Part shown: positions 1-8,400 of the stretch, in pieces
How the letters are laid out: every line of letters starts with the position of its first letter
How positions within the stretch are numbered: position 1 is the stretch's first letter
Source of the DNA: Candidatus Calditenuaceae archaeon
GTDB taxonomy: Archaea > Thermoproteota > Nitrososphaeria_A > Caldarchaeales > Calditenuaceae
Length of the DNA: 32,000 bases
Assembly (NCBI GenBank): GCA_025059595.1
Contig: JANXDI010000012.1
Location: 97,785 to 129,784, forward strand
Direction: 5' to 3'
The notes under the pieces: generated by a model
What the model saw: only the letters and a program-made list of their open reading frames with translations
Told to the model about the DNA's origin: nothing
The model's database searches: none
Made by a program: the position numbers and the translations under genes

Positions 1-1643
1 CCATGCAGTGTGTCGCAGACGCCTACGTCGCCTTCCCCGGAGGCACCGTCAGCATTCACAGCCTCTACGACTCGGCGGCCAGCTCGGCCGCGCCCGCGGG
101 CGACGGAGGCACATTCAGGCTGAGCAGCCCCCTCGAGGTCTACGCCACCGCGCCGGGCGAGGGGTTGAGGCTGGCCAGATGCGTCGCTGTCACTAGGAGG
201 TGGGCCCAATCCACGGTCAGGGTTGAGGCGGGCGATGGACTCACGCTGGTGGTCTCGCCCAACCACAAGTTCATCACTCTGGTGGGCGGGGCGGAGGTGG
301 AGGTTACGGCTGAGGAGCTTCTCAGGCTCTGGAATGCGGGGAGGAGGTCGATAATGCTGGCGAGGAGGCCGCCTCCCAGCGCCTGCATCCCCCTCAGCAT
401 CTTCTCGGATGGCCTCAGCTTCACGCTGGGCGGAGACTGTTGGTGGTCTCTGGGGAGGCTTGCGGGGGGAGACTTCATAGCCGCTTCTCCGCGGGGCTTC
501 GAGTGGGTTACTTGGAGTAGGGGCTCGGTCCTCGATAGGCTGAGAGGAGCCCTTAGGAGGCTTGGCTGGAAGGGTGATGAGAGGCGCGACAGAGTGATGG
601 GGGGTGTCGCGACGGTCTTGGAGGGCGTCGACCCTAGGCTGGTCCACTGGGCCCTGATGAACGGCCACCTATACAGGCGCGGAGATGCACTGGTCGGGAC
701 CGACAGGGCGGTCGACCCAGTCTTCAGGCTCCACTTCCTCAGCGGCGCCTGCTCGGCGATGCAAGACGTTCTTCCGGTCCTTGGCGAGGAGGTCGTCATG
801 GCCAACGGTCTCGATGCGCGTCCGAGAAGGAGGCTCTCCGCCCCTGAGGAGCTGGACCCCCAGCCCAGCTGGGAGCCGCCCGTGACTAGGTTCAGCCTCC
901 AGTATGTGAAGACCGAGCCTTGGAACTCCCACGAGGCCGGCTGCCTCGCATGGGTCCTCGGATGCAGCGCGGCAGTCCACAGGGCTCCGGGCGCGGCCTA
1001 CATCTACCACTACACCTCGGCGGGTGCGTGGGTTACGAGCGTCGAGCCGGGGGGCGGCTGCGCTGTCTATGACCTCGTGCTGGAGGGTGGTGGCTACTAC
1101 ATCGGCGGCCTCGGCCCAGCCCATCCTCTGATGGACACGGGCCACGGAGTTCTCTCAACCTTCCACGCCGGGAGCGTCCAGAAGCTTGTCCAGAGGCTGA
1201 CCGGAGACCCCATCAACATCCCCCGCACCTTCGTCGACAACCTCAACTGCATCGTCATCCTCAGCGCGGTGAGGCACCCGGTTACGGGAAAGCTCGAGAG
1301 GAGGGTTCTCAGCGTAAACGAGCTCCTCGGCCTCGACCCCGAGACAGGCGGAGTGAACTACGTCGAGGTCTTCGCCTGGAACCCTGTCGATGACACATTC
1401 GAGTTCAGGGGCGAGGGTACCAGCTATCTACTGGAGGAGAAGATTGCGAAGATGCGCGGCATTCCGAGGCATAGGCTGAGGGAGGTTTACGCCGAGCTCA
1501 ACAGGCGGGCCCTCTTCCTCCAGAGGCTCGCGGAAGCGAGCGTCCTAGACTATGCCCAAGTTTACAGGGCGATTGCGTCGGCATACAACCTCGGCCTCGA
1601 GGAGGCTGAGAGGATTGCTCTCGAAGCTGCTGCGGAGGAGTAG
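1..1643 (+). CDS. FlaI/ArlI-type (GspE/VirB11 superfamily) secretion/assembly ATPase, 5'-truncated by the window edge and interrupted by an intein-like insertion
   Basis: The frame is open to the window start. From residue 379 the translation reads TGHGVLSTFHAGSVQKLVQRLTGDPINIPRTFVDNLNCIVILSAV..., which matches the His-box and C-terminal domain pattern of archaeal FlaI/type IV pilus ATPases. A FlaJ-like gene follows. TAG stop at 1641-1643. Confidence 0.8.
   Translation, partial: MQCVADAYVAFPGGTVSIHSLYDSAASSAAPAGDGGTFRLSSPLEVYATAPGEGLRLARCVAVTRRWAQSTVRVEAGDGLTLVVSPNHKFITLVGGAEVEVTAEELLRLWNAGRRSIMLARRPPPSACIPLSIFSDGLSFTLGGDCWWSLGRLAGGDFIAASPRGFEWVTWSRGSVLDRLRGALRRLGWKGDERRDRVMGGVATVLEGVDPRLVHWALMNGHLYRRGDALVGTDRAVDPVFRLHFLSGACSAMQDVLPVLGEEVVMANGLDARPRRRLSAPEELDPQPSWEPPVTRFSLQYVKTEPWNSHEAGCLAWVLGCSAAVHRAPGAAYIYHYTSAGAWVTSVEPGGGCAVYDLVLEGGGYYIGGLGPAHPLMDTGHGVLSTFHAGSVQKLVQRLTGDPINIPRTFVDNLNCIVILSAVRHPVTGKLERRVLSVNELLGLDPETGGVNYVEVFAWNPVDDTFEFRGEGTSYLLEEKIAKMRGIPRHRLREVYAELNRRALFLQRLAEASVLDYAQVYRAIASAYNLGLEEAERIALEAAAEE
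9..1136 (+). other. Intein-like (Hint domain) insertion within the ATPase, ~376 aa, non-canonical C-terminal junction
   Basis: It starts with Cys in a block-A-like context (CVADAYVAFPGGTVSIHSLYD). It has a block-B-like TxxH element (VVSPNHKF) and a block-F-like VYDLVLEGGGYYIGG near its end. ATPase sequence resumes at TGHG. No terminal His-Asn. The alternative end is 1127. Confidence 0.65.
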
Positions 1644-3105
1644 GGAGCGGGGCGAGGAGGGGCTGGGCCGCGAGGCCGCCCTCCTATACCTCTCCGCACT
1701 CGCCTCCGCGAACCCAGACGACAACATGTTCCTCGCCGCCGTCGCCGAGACGGAGGGGCCGCTCTCCGGGAGGCTTCTCGTCTTGAGGAAGGCCGTGAGG
1801 CTGGTGAGGGGGTGGAGCTACCCAACCGCCTCCGCGCTCTCGGCTGCTGCCAAGACCGCCCCGCGTGAGGAGCTGAGGGAGCTGGCTGAGAAGATGTCGA
1901 AGGCGGTGAACATAGGAATGAGGGTCTCGAGCCTCGTCTCCACGGAGTATGAGAAGATGCGGGAGCACGCTCAGATAAATTTCGAGAGGGCGATGGAGAG
2001 GGTGAAGACGATGGGCGACGTCTTCTCCACGATTCTCAGCTCCAGCAGCTTCCTCCTCATATCGTTCATGATAGCCTCAATAATCTTCAGCGGCATAGAC
2101 CCCTACACGATACTCGCCTTAATCATGGGCGGCGTCGCAGCCGGCCTCGGAGGAATAGTCTACTACATCTACAGAATAAGCGGAAGTGGAAGCGTCCTCA
2201 ACCCCTCACCCTACAGGCCCCTCACAATCTACCTCGCCTCGAGGACGGCGAACATCGGCCTAATCGCGGCCCTGTCAGCTGCACTCGCAGCCTCAGCCCT
2301 CGCACCCCTCAGCATAGCCAGAGTGGTCCTAGCAGCCGCGCCAGCAGCCCTCATAGCCGCCTACACCGTCCCAGCCCTCCGCCTTCGGAAGATACCGGCC
2401 ATAGACGAGCAGCTCCCATTCTTCATGAAGAGTCTCGCAGAGACGCTCGGCTCGGTCCAGGTTCCTGAGAAGGTGCTCGAGATAATCAGGCTCAACGACT
2501 ACGGCGCCTTGAAGAAGTATCTGGAGCGGCTCTACCTCAGGGTGAAGAGTGGTGTGGACTTCTTCCTCTCCCTCAGGGTGATGGCGGGTGAGAGTTGCAG
2601 CGGCCTCCTCTACGAGGCAGTCGAGGTTTTCGTGGAGTCTTTGAAGAGGGGTGTTCCCGCGGGCTCCCTCGGCAGGAGGCTCTACGACTATTTGGCTGAT
2701 AGGATTGCGATGAGGAGGCGGAGGCAGCAGGTCTCCAGCTACGTTAGGGGCATCCTTTTCCCCACATCCTGCGCCGTCGCCGCGATACTCGGCCTCATGG
2801 ACTCCCTCTACATCCTCCTAGCAAGCTACAGCAGCCTCGCATCGACGATACTTCCCCTCTCACCCGCGGCACCTCCGGAGGCGGTAAGCCGCGCATCCAT
2901 GGCCATGATAGTCATGTTCTCCTCAGCCGGGAGCCTGGCCCTCCACTTCGCCGAGCGGAGAAGTGGAATACACCTCTGCCTGACGTTCGGCATGCTCCTA
3001 CTCGCCTCGGCCCTCACATTCCTAGCCGTCAGCATGGGGACATACGCTATACTCGAGTCCATGACAAGCTACGCCAGAAGCCTCAGGGAGATGGTGCCGA
3101 CATGA
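1552..3105 (+). CDS. FlaJ/ArlJ/TadC-like polytopic membrane platform protein (T2SS-F fold)
   Basis: 517-aa ORF directly after the ATPase, with many hydrophobic segments alternating with soluble helical segments, as in FlaJ. The start is uncertain: ATG 1552 overlaps the ATPase by 92 nt, and TTG 1615 is in frame. Conserved-looking sequence (EAALLYLSALASANPDD) lies upstream of ATG 1726. Confidence 0.7.
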   Translation: MPKFTGRLRRHTTSASRRLRGLLSKLLRRSRERGEEGLGREAALLYLSALASANPDDNMFLAAVAETEGPLSGRLLVLRKAVRLVRGWSYPTASALSAAAKTAPREELRELAEKMSKAVNIGMRVSSLVSTEYEKMREHAQINFERAMERVKTMGDVFSTILSSSSFLLISFMIASIIFSGIDPYTILALIMGGVAAGLGGIVYYIYRISGSGSVLNPSPYRPLTIYLASRTANIGLIAALSAALAASALAPLSIARVVLAAAPAALIAAYTVPALRLRKIPAIDEQLPFFMKSLAETLGSVQVPEKVLEIIRLNDYGALKKYLERLYLRVKSGVDFFLSLRVMAGESCSGLLYEAVEVFVESLKRGVPAGSLGRRLYDYLADRIAMRRRRQQVSSYVRGILFPTSCAVAAILGLMDSLYILLASYSSLASTILPLSPAAPPEAVSRASMAMIVMFSSAGSLALHFAERRSGIHLCLTFGMLLLASALTFLAVSMGTYAILESMTSYARSLREMVPT

Positions 3106-3566
3106 CATCGGGAGAGCTCGTCTTCACGATAATACTCGTGGTCACTGCAGCGGCGATGGCGGGCCTCTGGCTTACCATGAGGCCGCCTAAGACCTCCGAA
3201 AACCCGGTCGAGGCCGGAGTGGAGCTTGAAGCCCAGCCCCCCACCCGGCGGCAGAGGCTCCAGAGGGCTGAGCCGCGGGAGCAGACGCGGCCCAAGCCTC
3301 AGCGGCAGGCCCAGACACAGCAGCAGAGCCAGGCCAAGACGGTTGCGAGGCCTCAGACCGGGCAGCAGAGGGAGGAGGGCGGAGTGCAGTCGAGCTCCGG
3401 TGGAGGTGGTGAGGCCCGGGCCTCTGGGGAGGCTCAGCAGAGGGCCATAGTGGGTTTGGTGGATTCTGAGACTCAGGAGAGGCTTGAGGAGACTCTCAGG
3501 CTCTACGCCGACCTTCTTCAGGAGATGGAGCGGCTCAAGAAAAGGCTAGGTGAGAAGCTCTCTTAG
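3102..3566 (+). CDS. Small membrane-anchored protein with a Q/P/R-rich low-complexity middle and a coiled-coil-like C-terminus
   Basis: ATGA overlap with the stop of the platform gene (3102-3105). N-terminal TM segment (LVFTIILVVTAAAMAGLWL), then RPKPQRQAQTQQQSQAKTVARPQTGQQ, then LEETLRLYADLLQEMERLKKRL. No family recognised. Confidence 0.5.
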   Translation: MTSGELVFTIILVVTAAAMAGLWLTMRPPKTSENPVEAGVELEAQPPTRRQRLQRAEPREQTRPKPQRQAQTQQQSQAKTVARPQTGQQREEGGVQSSSGGGGEARASGEAQQRAIVGLVDSETQERLEETLRLYADLLQEMERLKKRLGEKLS

Positions 3567-4034
3567 CCTCTCCGCGGCCCTCCAGATTCTGTCGCCCGGG
3601 TGGTGGAGGTTCTCAGCGACTTTTCCGCGGCTCCGCGGCTGGAGGGAGACGCTCCCCACGAGGGCCCTGCAGACCGCCAAGGCCTTGCCGTGCCTCTCAT
3701 CCCTCACAACAACCAGCCCGCCCTCCCCAAACTCTCCACGCACCTCCACGACACCCGGACCCATGACATCCGCACCACCAGCAATCTTCGCCACCGCGCC
3801 CATATCGACGACGAGGCTTGGAAGATTGGCGATAACAGCGTCGTTCGCAGGCTCGTTCAACACGGGCAGAAGCATGCCACCAGCCTCCGCGAAGACAAGG
3901 CCGTCAAGCCAGTAGAGCCTGACATCCTCATCCTCCAATACCGCGGCGCTCCTAACATTCGCCGGCGCTCCGAGGGCTGCAGCCCTCTCCCCAACTCTCC
4001 GCGCATCACTCTTACTCAGCCTGTGAAACTTCAA
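3546..4034 (-). CDS. PUA-domain RNA-binding protein (pre-PUA + PUA, Tma20/MCT-1-like)
   Basis: VVDMGAVAKIAGGADVMGPGVVEV... is the typical PUA core. Size of 162 aa fits. Confidence 0.65.
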   Translation of the reverse strand: MKFHRLSKSDARRVGERAAALGAPANVRSAAVLEDEDVRLYWLDGLVFAEAGGMLLPVLNEPANDAVIANLPSLVVDMGAVAKIAGGADVMGPGVVEVRGEFGEGGLVVVRDERHGKALAVCRALVGSVSLQPRSRGKVAENLHHPGDRIWRAAERLRELLT

Positions 4035-4083
4035 GACCCTTCTAGCACCGCGCCACTACACGAGTCTCTGTCGAGCGCTAAGC

Positions 4084-4091
4084 CATAAAAG
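4084..4091 (+). promoter_or_regulatory. TATA-like box (CATAAAAG) centred ~27 nt upstream of ATG 4115
   Basis: An A/T box in otherwise GC-rich spacer. The spacing suggests a leaderless or near-leaderless mRNA. Confidence 0.35.
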
Positions 4092-4114
4092 CTACGGAGG
4101 GCTCGAGCGGCGGA

Positions 4115-4429
4115 ATGGTTAGGAGGCTTAGTGGGGAGGAGGCTGGGAGGCTTGTGGCTGGGGTCAGGCCTTGGAGGCTCCGCGGCAGATACATAGTCAG
4201 GAGCGTGGAGACGCGCGACTTCGCCGAGGCCCTCAAGCTTCTGAACAGAATTGGAAGAGTTGCAGACAGGATGAACCACCACCCTGATGTCGAGATGGGT
4301 TATGGATATCTCAGGCTGAAGCTCACGACGCACGACGCAGGCGGCCTCACGGAGCGGGACTTCAAGCTGGCCGAGAAGATTGAGAAGATTATCGCGGCTC
4401 GGGGCGGTGCTAGGTCTGCTCGGAGATGA
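4115..4429 (+). CDS. Pterin-4-alpha-carbinolamine dehydratase (PCD/DCoH family)
   Basis: 104 aa with the NHHPDVEMGYGYLRLKLTTHDAGGLTERDFKLAEKIE signature (HHPD core). Confidence 0.8.
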   Translation: MVRRLSGEEAGRLVAGVRPWRLRGRYIVRSVETRDFAEALKLLNRIGRVADRMNHHPDVEMGYGYLRLKLTTHDAGGLTERDFKLAEKIEKIIAARGGARSARR

Positions 4430-5459
4430 GCTTCAGGGCCTCGAGCGTCAGACGGTAGGCAGCCTCAAGGTCTCTCAGGTCTAGAATCAAGTGTGGGGAG
4501 TGTAGGTATCTGCAGGGGACGCCCACCACGCCCGTAGCCACTCCCCTTCCGTGCAGATGTATCCGCCCCGCATCAGTCGCACTCCCCGCCACAATCTGGG
4601 GCTGATAACTGACGCCTGCCCTCTCAGCCGCCTTGACCAGAGTCGCGTAGAACCCCCTATTCGTAATCATCGAGGAGTCCATGATTCTGACAGCAGCTCC
4701 TCTGCCGAGCCTCGTGACGCGGCTTGCCTCGGGCACGCCGGGAGTATCGGCTGCCACAGTCCCCTCCAAGACAATCGCATAGCGGGGATTGACGCTGTTC
4801 ACCGCGGTCGTAGCACCCCTCAGGCCGACCTCCTCCTGGACCGTGAAGACGGCGTAGAGCTCAACTCCGAGACCACCCTCGGCCGCGGCCCGCGCGACCA
4901 GCGCCTCCACAACGCATCCAGCCCGGTCATCGAACGCCTTGCCCATCACGCGTGTGCCGAGGAGCCTCGCGAAGTGCGCGGGGAAGGTGACGTAGCTTCC
5001 CATCTTGACGCCTGCGGCCTCCGCCTCCTCCCTGCTCGAGGCGCCGATGTCTATGTGGAGCTCCCTAATCTCGGGGGCCTTCTTCGCCTCCTCCTGAGTT
5101 GTGACGTGTGGGGGCTTCGCGCCTATGCAGCCCTCAAGCAGGCCCTTCTCCGTGTGGACCACGACCCTCTGCCCGAGCAGGACTCGCGGGTCAAGCCCGC
5201 CCACAGGCGTGAAGCTGAGGAAGCCCTCGTCGTCAATCCAGCTCACCATCATAGCCACCTCGTCCATGTGGGCCGCTAGCATAACCCTCGGCCCATCTCC
5301 GCCGACCCTCGCGATGAGGTTCCCCATGGCGTCGAAGTCGAAGGAGTCAATCGAGCCTCCGAGAAAAGCCATAATCTCGCCGGCGACCGCGTCCTCGCCG
5401 CCCGGTGGAGCGTAGCTTGTGCTCAGCCTCTCCAGAAGCCTCAGCGCCTCATCCATCAC
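4410..5459 (-). CDS. M42 family metallopeptidase (TET aminopeptidase / FrvX-like)
   Basis: Contains LAAHMDEVAMMV and FTVQEEVGLRGA motifs. 349 aa. Confidence 0.8.
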   Translation of the reverse strand: MMDEALRLLERLSTSYAPPGGEDAVAGEIMAFLGGSIDSFDFDAMGNLIARVGGDGPRVMLAAHMDEVAMMVSWIDDEGFLSFTPVGGLDPRVLLGQRVVVHTEKGLLEGCIGAKPPHVTTQEEAKKAPEIRELHIDIGASSREEAEAAGVKMGSYVTFPAHFARLLGTRVMGKAFDDRAGCVVEALVARAAAEGGLGVELYAVFTVQEEVGLRGATTAVNSVNPRYAIVLEGTVAADTPGVPEASRVTRLGRGAAVRIMDSSMITNRGFYATLVKAAERAGVSYQPQIVAGSATDAGRIHLHGRGVATGVVGVPCRYLHSPHLILDLRDLEAAYRLTLEALKLISEQT

Positions 5460-5565
5460 AGAGACCAGACAGGCCTCATCACCTAAAAATCATTACACCG
5501 GCAAGCCGGGGCTCGACGCCTTTATCTCTCGCCCCCCGTCTGCTATTTGCGAGTGGCGCGGCCTC

Positions 5566-6339
5566 ATGGCTGGTCTCTTGGTGCTGAAGCTGGGTGGGTC
5601 GCTTGTCACCGAGAAGAGGAGGGGCGGTGCTGTTAGGGAGGAGGCCCTGAAGGCTCTCGGCGCTGCCTTGGCAGGAGGGGTCGAGGGGAGGCCCCTGATT
5701 CTTGTTCACGGAGGCGGGGGGAGGGTTCACGATGTCGCTGCAGAGTATCGCGTGGCGCTCGGCTCAGCCTCGCCACACGGAGTCGAGGGGTTCGTGAAGA
5801 CCTCGGTCGAGACCAGGAGGCTCAACCTCAGGATAACTGAGATACTCTCCGAGGCCGGCCTCAAATGCGTCGGCATACCCTCCTCAACCATCTTCCAGAC
5901 GCGGAGAGGCATAATAGTCTCGGCCGCCCTCGACCCGATACTAGCGGCCCTAGACCAGGGCCTCGCACCAATCCTCAACGGAGACGTGGTCTTCGACAGG
6001 GAGCTCGGCTTCACAGTCCTCTCAGGCGACACCGTAGCCGTGGACCTCAGCCTGAGGCTGGGGGCTGAGAGGCTGGTCTTCGCAACCGATGTGGACGGAA
6101 TCTTTGAGCATCCCGGCGAAGGCGCTCGGCTCGTTGAGATGCTTGACAGGAGGACCCTAGCCTCGGTGAGGTTTGGAGACGTAGGGGACGTCACAGGCGG
6201 GATGGCTTCTAAGGTTGAGGAGGCTCTGAGGGCTGCGGAGGCCGGTGTGGAGGTCTACGTCGTGAACGGCTTGATTCCCTCGAGGGTTCTCGACGCCCTG
6301 CTAGGCAGGGAGACCGTCGGGACGAAAATTCTAGGATAG
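5566..6339 (+). CDS. Amino-acid-kinase-fold kinase, probably isopentenyl phosphate kinase
   Basis: MAGLLVLKLGGSLVTEK N-terminus and LILVHGGGGRVHD motif. ATG 5566 is preferred over the ORF-track start at 5419, which would overlap the divergent peptidase gene. Confidence 0.6.
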   Translation: MAGLLVLKLGGSLVTEKRRGGAVREEALKALGAALAGGVEGRPLILVHGGGGRVHDVAAEYRVALGSASPHGVEGFVKTSVETRRLNLRITEILSEAGLKCVGIPSSTIFQTRRGIIVSAALDPILAALDQGLAPILNGDVVFDRELGFTVLSGDTVAVDLSLRLGAERLVFATDVDGIFEHPGEGARLVEMLDRRTLASVRFGDVGDVTGGMASKVEEALRAAEAGVEVYVVNGLIPSRVLDALLGRETVGTKILG

Positions 6340-7356
6340 CCTGACCGGCGCGCCCAGCTTGGCAGACCTGTAGCAGGCGTCCTTGAACAGGGCGACCCTA
6401 AACCCATCCTCGGCGCTGGCAGCAGGCTTCTCAAGGCCCCGAACCGCCCTAACGAAGTTCGCCAAGGGGCTCGAAGACGGCGGCACCTCCTTCACAGGCC
6501 TCCTCAGGCTCTGAGCCTCACGCTCAAGCACCCAGACACTCCGAGACCCCAGCTCCTCCAAATACGCAACCAAGCCCCCCTCACAGTATATCCTCAGCCT
6601 CTCAGACCACAGGGGGGCGTCGCCGTTCAGCGACATGCAGAGAGTGCAGCCATCCCACCTCGCCGTTATCGAGGCGAAGAGCTCAGCACCCCACCCCTCC
6701 TTGCTAGAGAGAGCGGCGTAGACCTCTCTCGGGAGACCGCCGGCGAACCAGAGCATCATATCGACGACGTGGCTTCCCGAGTCCATGAGGAACCCTCCAC
6801 CCGCCAGCCTCGGGTCAGCCCTCCAAGTCCCCTTCGAGAAGAGTGTCCAGTCTTGGGAGAGCTGATACTCGATGAAGACCGGCGCGCCCAACCCCACGGG
6901 CCCGGCAACCCGCTTAACATAGTTGAAGAGCCCGTCTGTCCTCCTCTGATAGGCGACCGCAACCACCCGGCGGCTGGACTCGGCCATCCTCAAGACGTCT
7001 CGCGCCTCATCGGCGTTCACGACCATCGGCTTCTCCACTAGGACGTGGATGCCTCTCCGCAGGGCCTCGACTATCTGCTCTCTGTGGTAGACGTGCGGCG
7101 AGAGTATCAGGACGCCGTCAAGCTCCTCCTTCTCAATCATCGAGGAGTAGTCCGTGTATTCCTTCGCGTCTCTCAGTATGGGGGCTGCGTTCTTCAGCCG
7201 CGCTATCGCCTCCCTGCTCGGGTCGGAGAGGGCGGCGACATCGACACCCAAGTCTCCGGTCAAGGCCTTCGCGTGGTATTGGGCTATACCGCCGCAGCCT
7301 ATGAAGCCGAGCCTAAGTTTCTCACCGGCTATACTTTGCCCTGACACTTGTCGCAC
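6331..7356 (-). CDS. Gfo/Idh/MocA family NAD(P)-dependent oxidoreductase
   Basis: LRLGFIGCGGIAQYHAKAL Rossmann N-terminus and VLVEKPM motif. Confidence 0.8.
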   Translation of the reverse strand: MRQVSGQSIAGEKLRLGFIGCGGIAQYHAKALTGDLGVDVAALSDPSREAIARLKNAAPILRDAKEYTDYSSMIEKEELDGVLILSPHVYHREQIVEALRRGIHVLVEKPMVVNADEARDVLRMAESSRRVVAVAYQRRTDGLFNYVKRVAGPVGLGAPVFIEYQLSQDWTLFSKGTWRADPRLAGGGFLMDSGSHVVDMMLWFAGGLPREVYAALSSKEGWGAELFASITARWDGCTLCMSLNGDAPLWSERLRIYCEGGLVAYLEELGSRSVWVLEREAQSLRRPVKEVPPSSSPLANFVRAVRGLEKPAASAEDGFRVALFKDACYRSAKLGAPVRLS

Positions 7357-7421
7357 ACCCTCTTACCCTTCACCATGACCAGTTTTTCAGTTTTTCTACC
7401 ACAGACTTGGCAACGGGGCAT
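7329..7421 (-). CDS. Micro-ORF encoding a 30-aa CxxC...CxxC zinc-ribbon peptide (40 aa if it starts at GTG 7451)
   Basis: My own translation of the minus strand gives MPRCQVCGRKTEKLVMVKGKRVCDKCQGKV*. It is below the ORF-track size cut-off. It sits between two same-strand genes and overlaps the oxidoreductase start by 28 nt. Confidence 0.4.
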   Translation of the reverse strand: MPRCQVCGRKTEKLVMVKGKRVCDKCQGKV

Positions 7422-7462
7422 TCCTTCAACACCCCACTCCTCCAGACTCACGGGCGCGAGGC

Positions 7463-8290
7463 TTAACCTTTTCTCCAGCCCAGACGCGATGCCGAGACCA
7501 AGTTTCCAAGCTGCTCAGCCGAGAGCTCAGCCGGGAACCCCACCAAAGTATTCACCCTGCTTGAGGCGAGAGTGGAAATCCTCTCAGCAACCTCCTCGAC
7601 ACCACCCACGAGCGAGACCCTCAGAGCCTCACGCAGACCAACAGAGCCGTTACCCACGGCCCTCGCAAGCCTCTTCCTCCTCCGCGCATACGAGACCAAG
7701 ACCCTCTCAACATTCTTAGAGACCCCGTCTTCGCCTATGAAGAACGGGGCATAAACCGCGACGCCGCCCCGGCTTAGTTCGGCGAATGTCCGAGCCTCAT
7801 CCTCCACACCCTCGTCCAGCAGAAGGAAGGCCGTGCAACCCAAGCTGCTGCAGATTCTCCTCGAGACGCCCTCAACGTTCTCGGTTCCGAGAAGCAACGG
7901 CCGACCGTTCAAGACCCTGCTCGCGACCCTGCAAGCAAACCAGAGCAGCCTACCCGGCCTCACAGAGGCCTCCTCGACGCTAAGATAAGCCGGGTTACCG
8001 GCGACGATGCAGAGGCCCATCCGCCTACGCCTCGAGAGAGCCTCCAAGTAGCTCGGCAGGAGACTTCCAAAGTCGCTCCGCCTCACAGGAATTGTTGGAG
8101 CCACAACGGGGCCTCCCACGGCATCTGAATACTCGGCGGCCGCCTCGACATCGGCTGGCTTGAGGTCGTCGACAGCCCTCTCAGAATCGAGGACAACCAC
8201 TTCGACGCCAGCCTCGGATGCGATGCCGACCATCCGGATAAGGTTCTTTCTCTTCTCTTCAGGGCTAGAGCCTAGCATGCTGGGCTTCAA
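7463..8290 (-). CDS. Hypothetical protein (275 aa), family not recognised
   Basis: Long ORF in the same orientation as its neighbours. Any similarity to MTHFR-like TIM barrels (CIVAGNPAYL) is only an impression. Confidence 0.45.
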   Translation of the reverse strand: MKPSMLGSSPEEKRKNLIRMVGIASEAGVEVVVLDSERAVDDLKPADVEAAAEYSDAVGGPVVAPTIPVRRSDFGSLLPSYLEALSRRRRMGLCIVAGNPAYLSVEEASVRPGRLLWFACRVASRVLNGRPLLLGTENVEGVSRRICSSLGCTAFLLLDEGVEDEARTFAELSRGGVAVYAPFFIGEDGVSKNVERVLVSYARRRKRLARAVGNGSVGLREALRVSLVGGVEEVAERISTLASSRVNTLVGFPAELSAEQLGNLVSASRLGWRKG

Positions 8291-8400
8291 AGCGATGCCA
8301 AGCTGGAACTAAACCACCGGCCATACCTCGGGTTGGAGTAGGAGTGGGCTCGGCTTTAAAGTTTACAGCCCCAGACTGCCCACCGTTCCGAAGGGCCCCT

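Noticed and set aside
400-1000. LAGLIDADG homing-endonuclease motifs inside the intein-like insert
   Set aside because: Only degenerate resemblances were seen (LGRLAGGDF, CLAWVLGCSAA). I cannot claim an endonuclease domain from sequence inspection alone.
140-1145. Long minus-strand ORFs (140-805, 669-1145) opposite the ATPase/intein gene
   Set aside because: They are Arg/Pro/Ser-rich translations typical of antisense frames in GC-rich DNA. The plus strand carries recognisable ATPase and Hint motifs.
4551-5279. 242-aa plus-strand ORF opposite the M42 peptidase
   Set aside because: It is the antisense shadow of a gene with clear M42 motifs and has low-complexity R/P/S composition.
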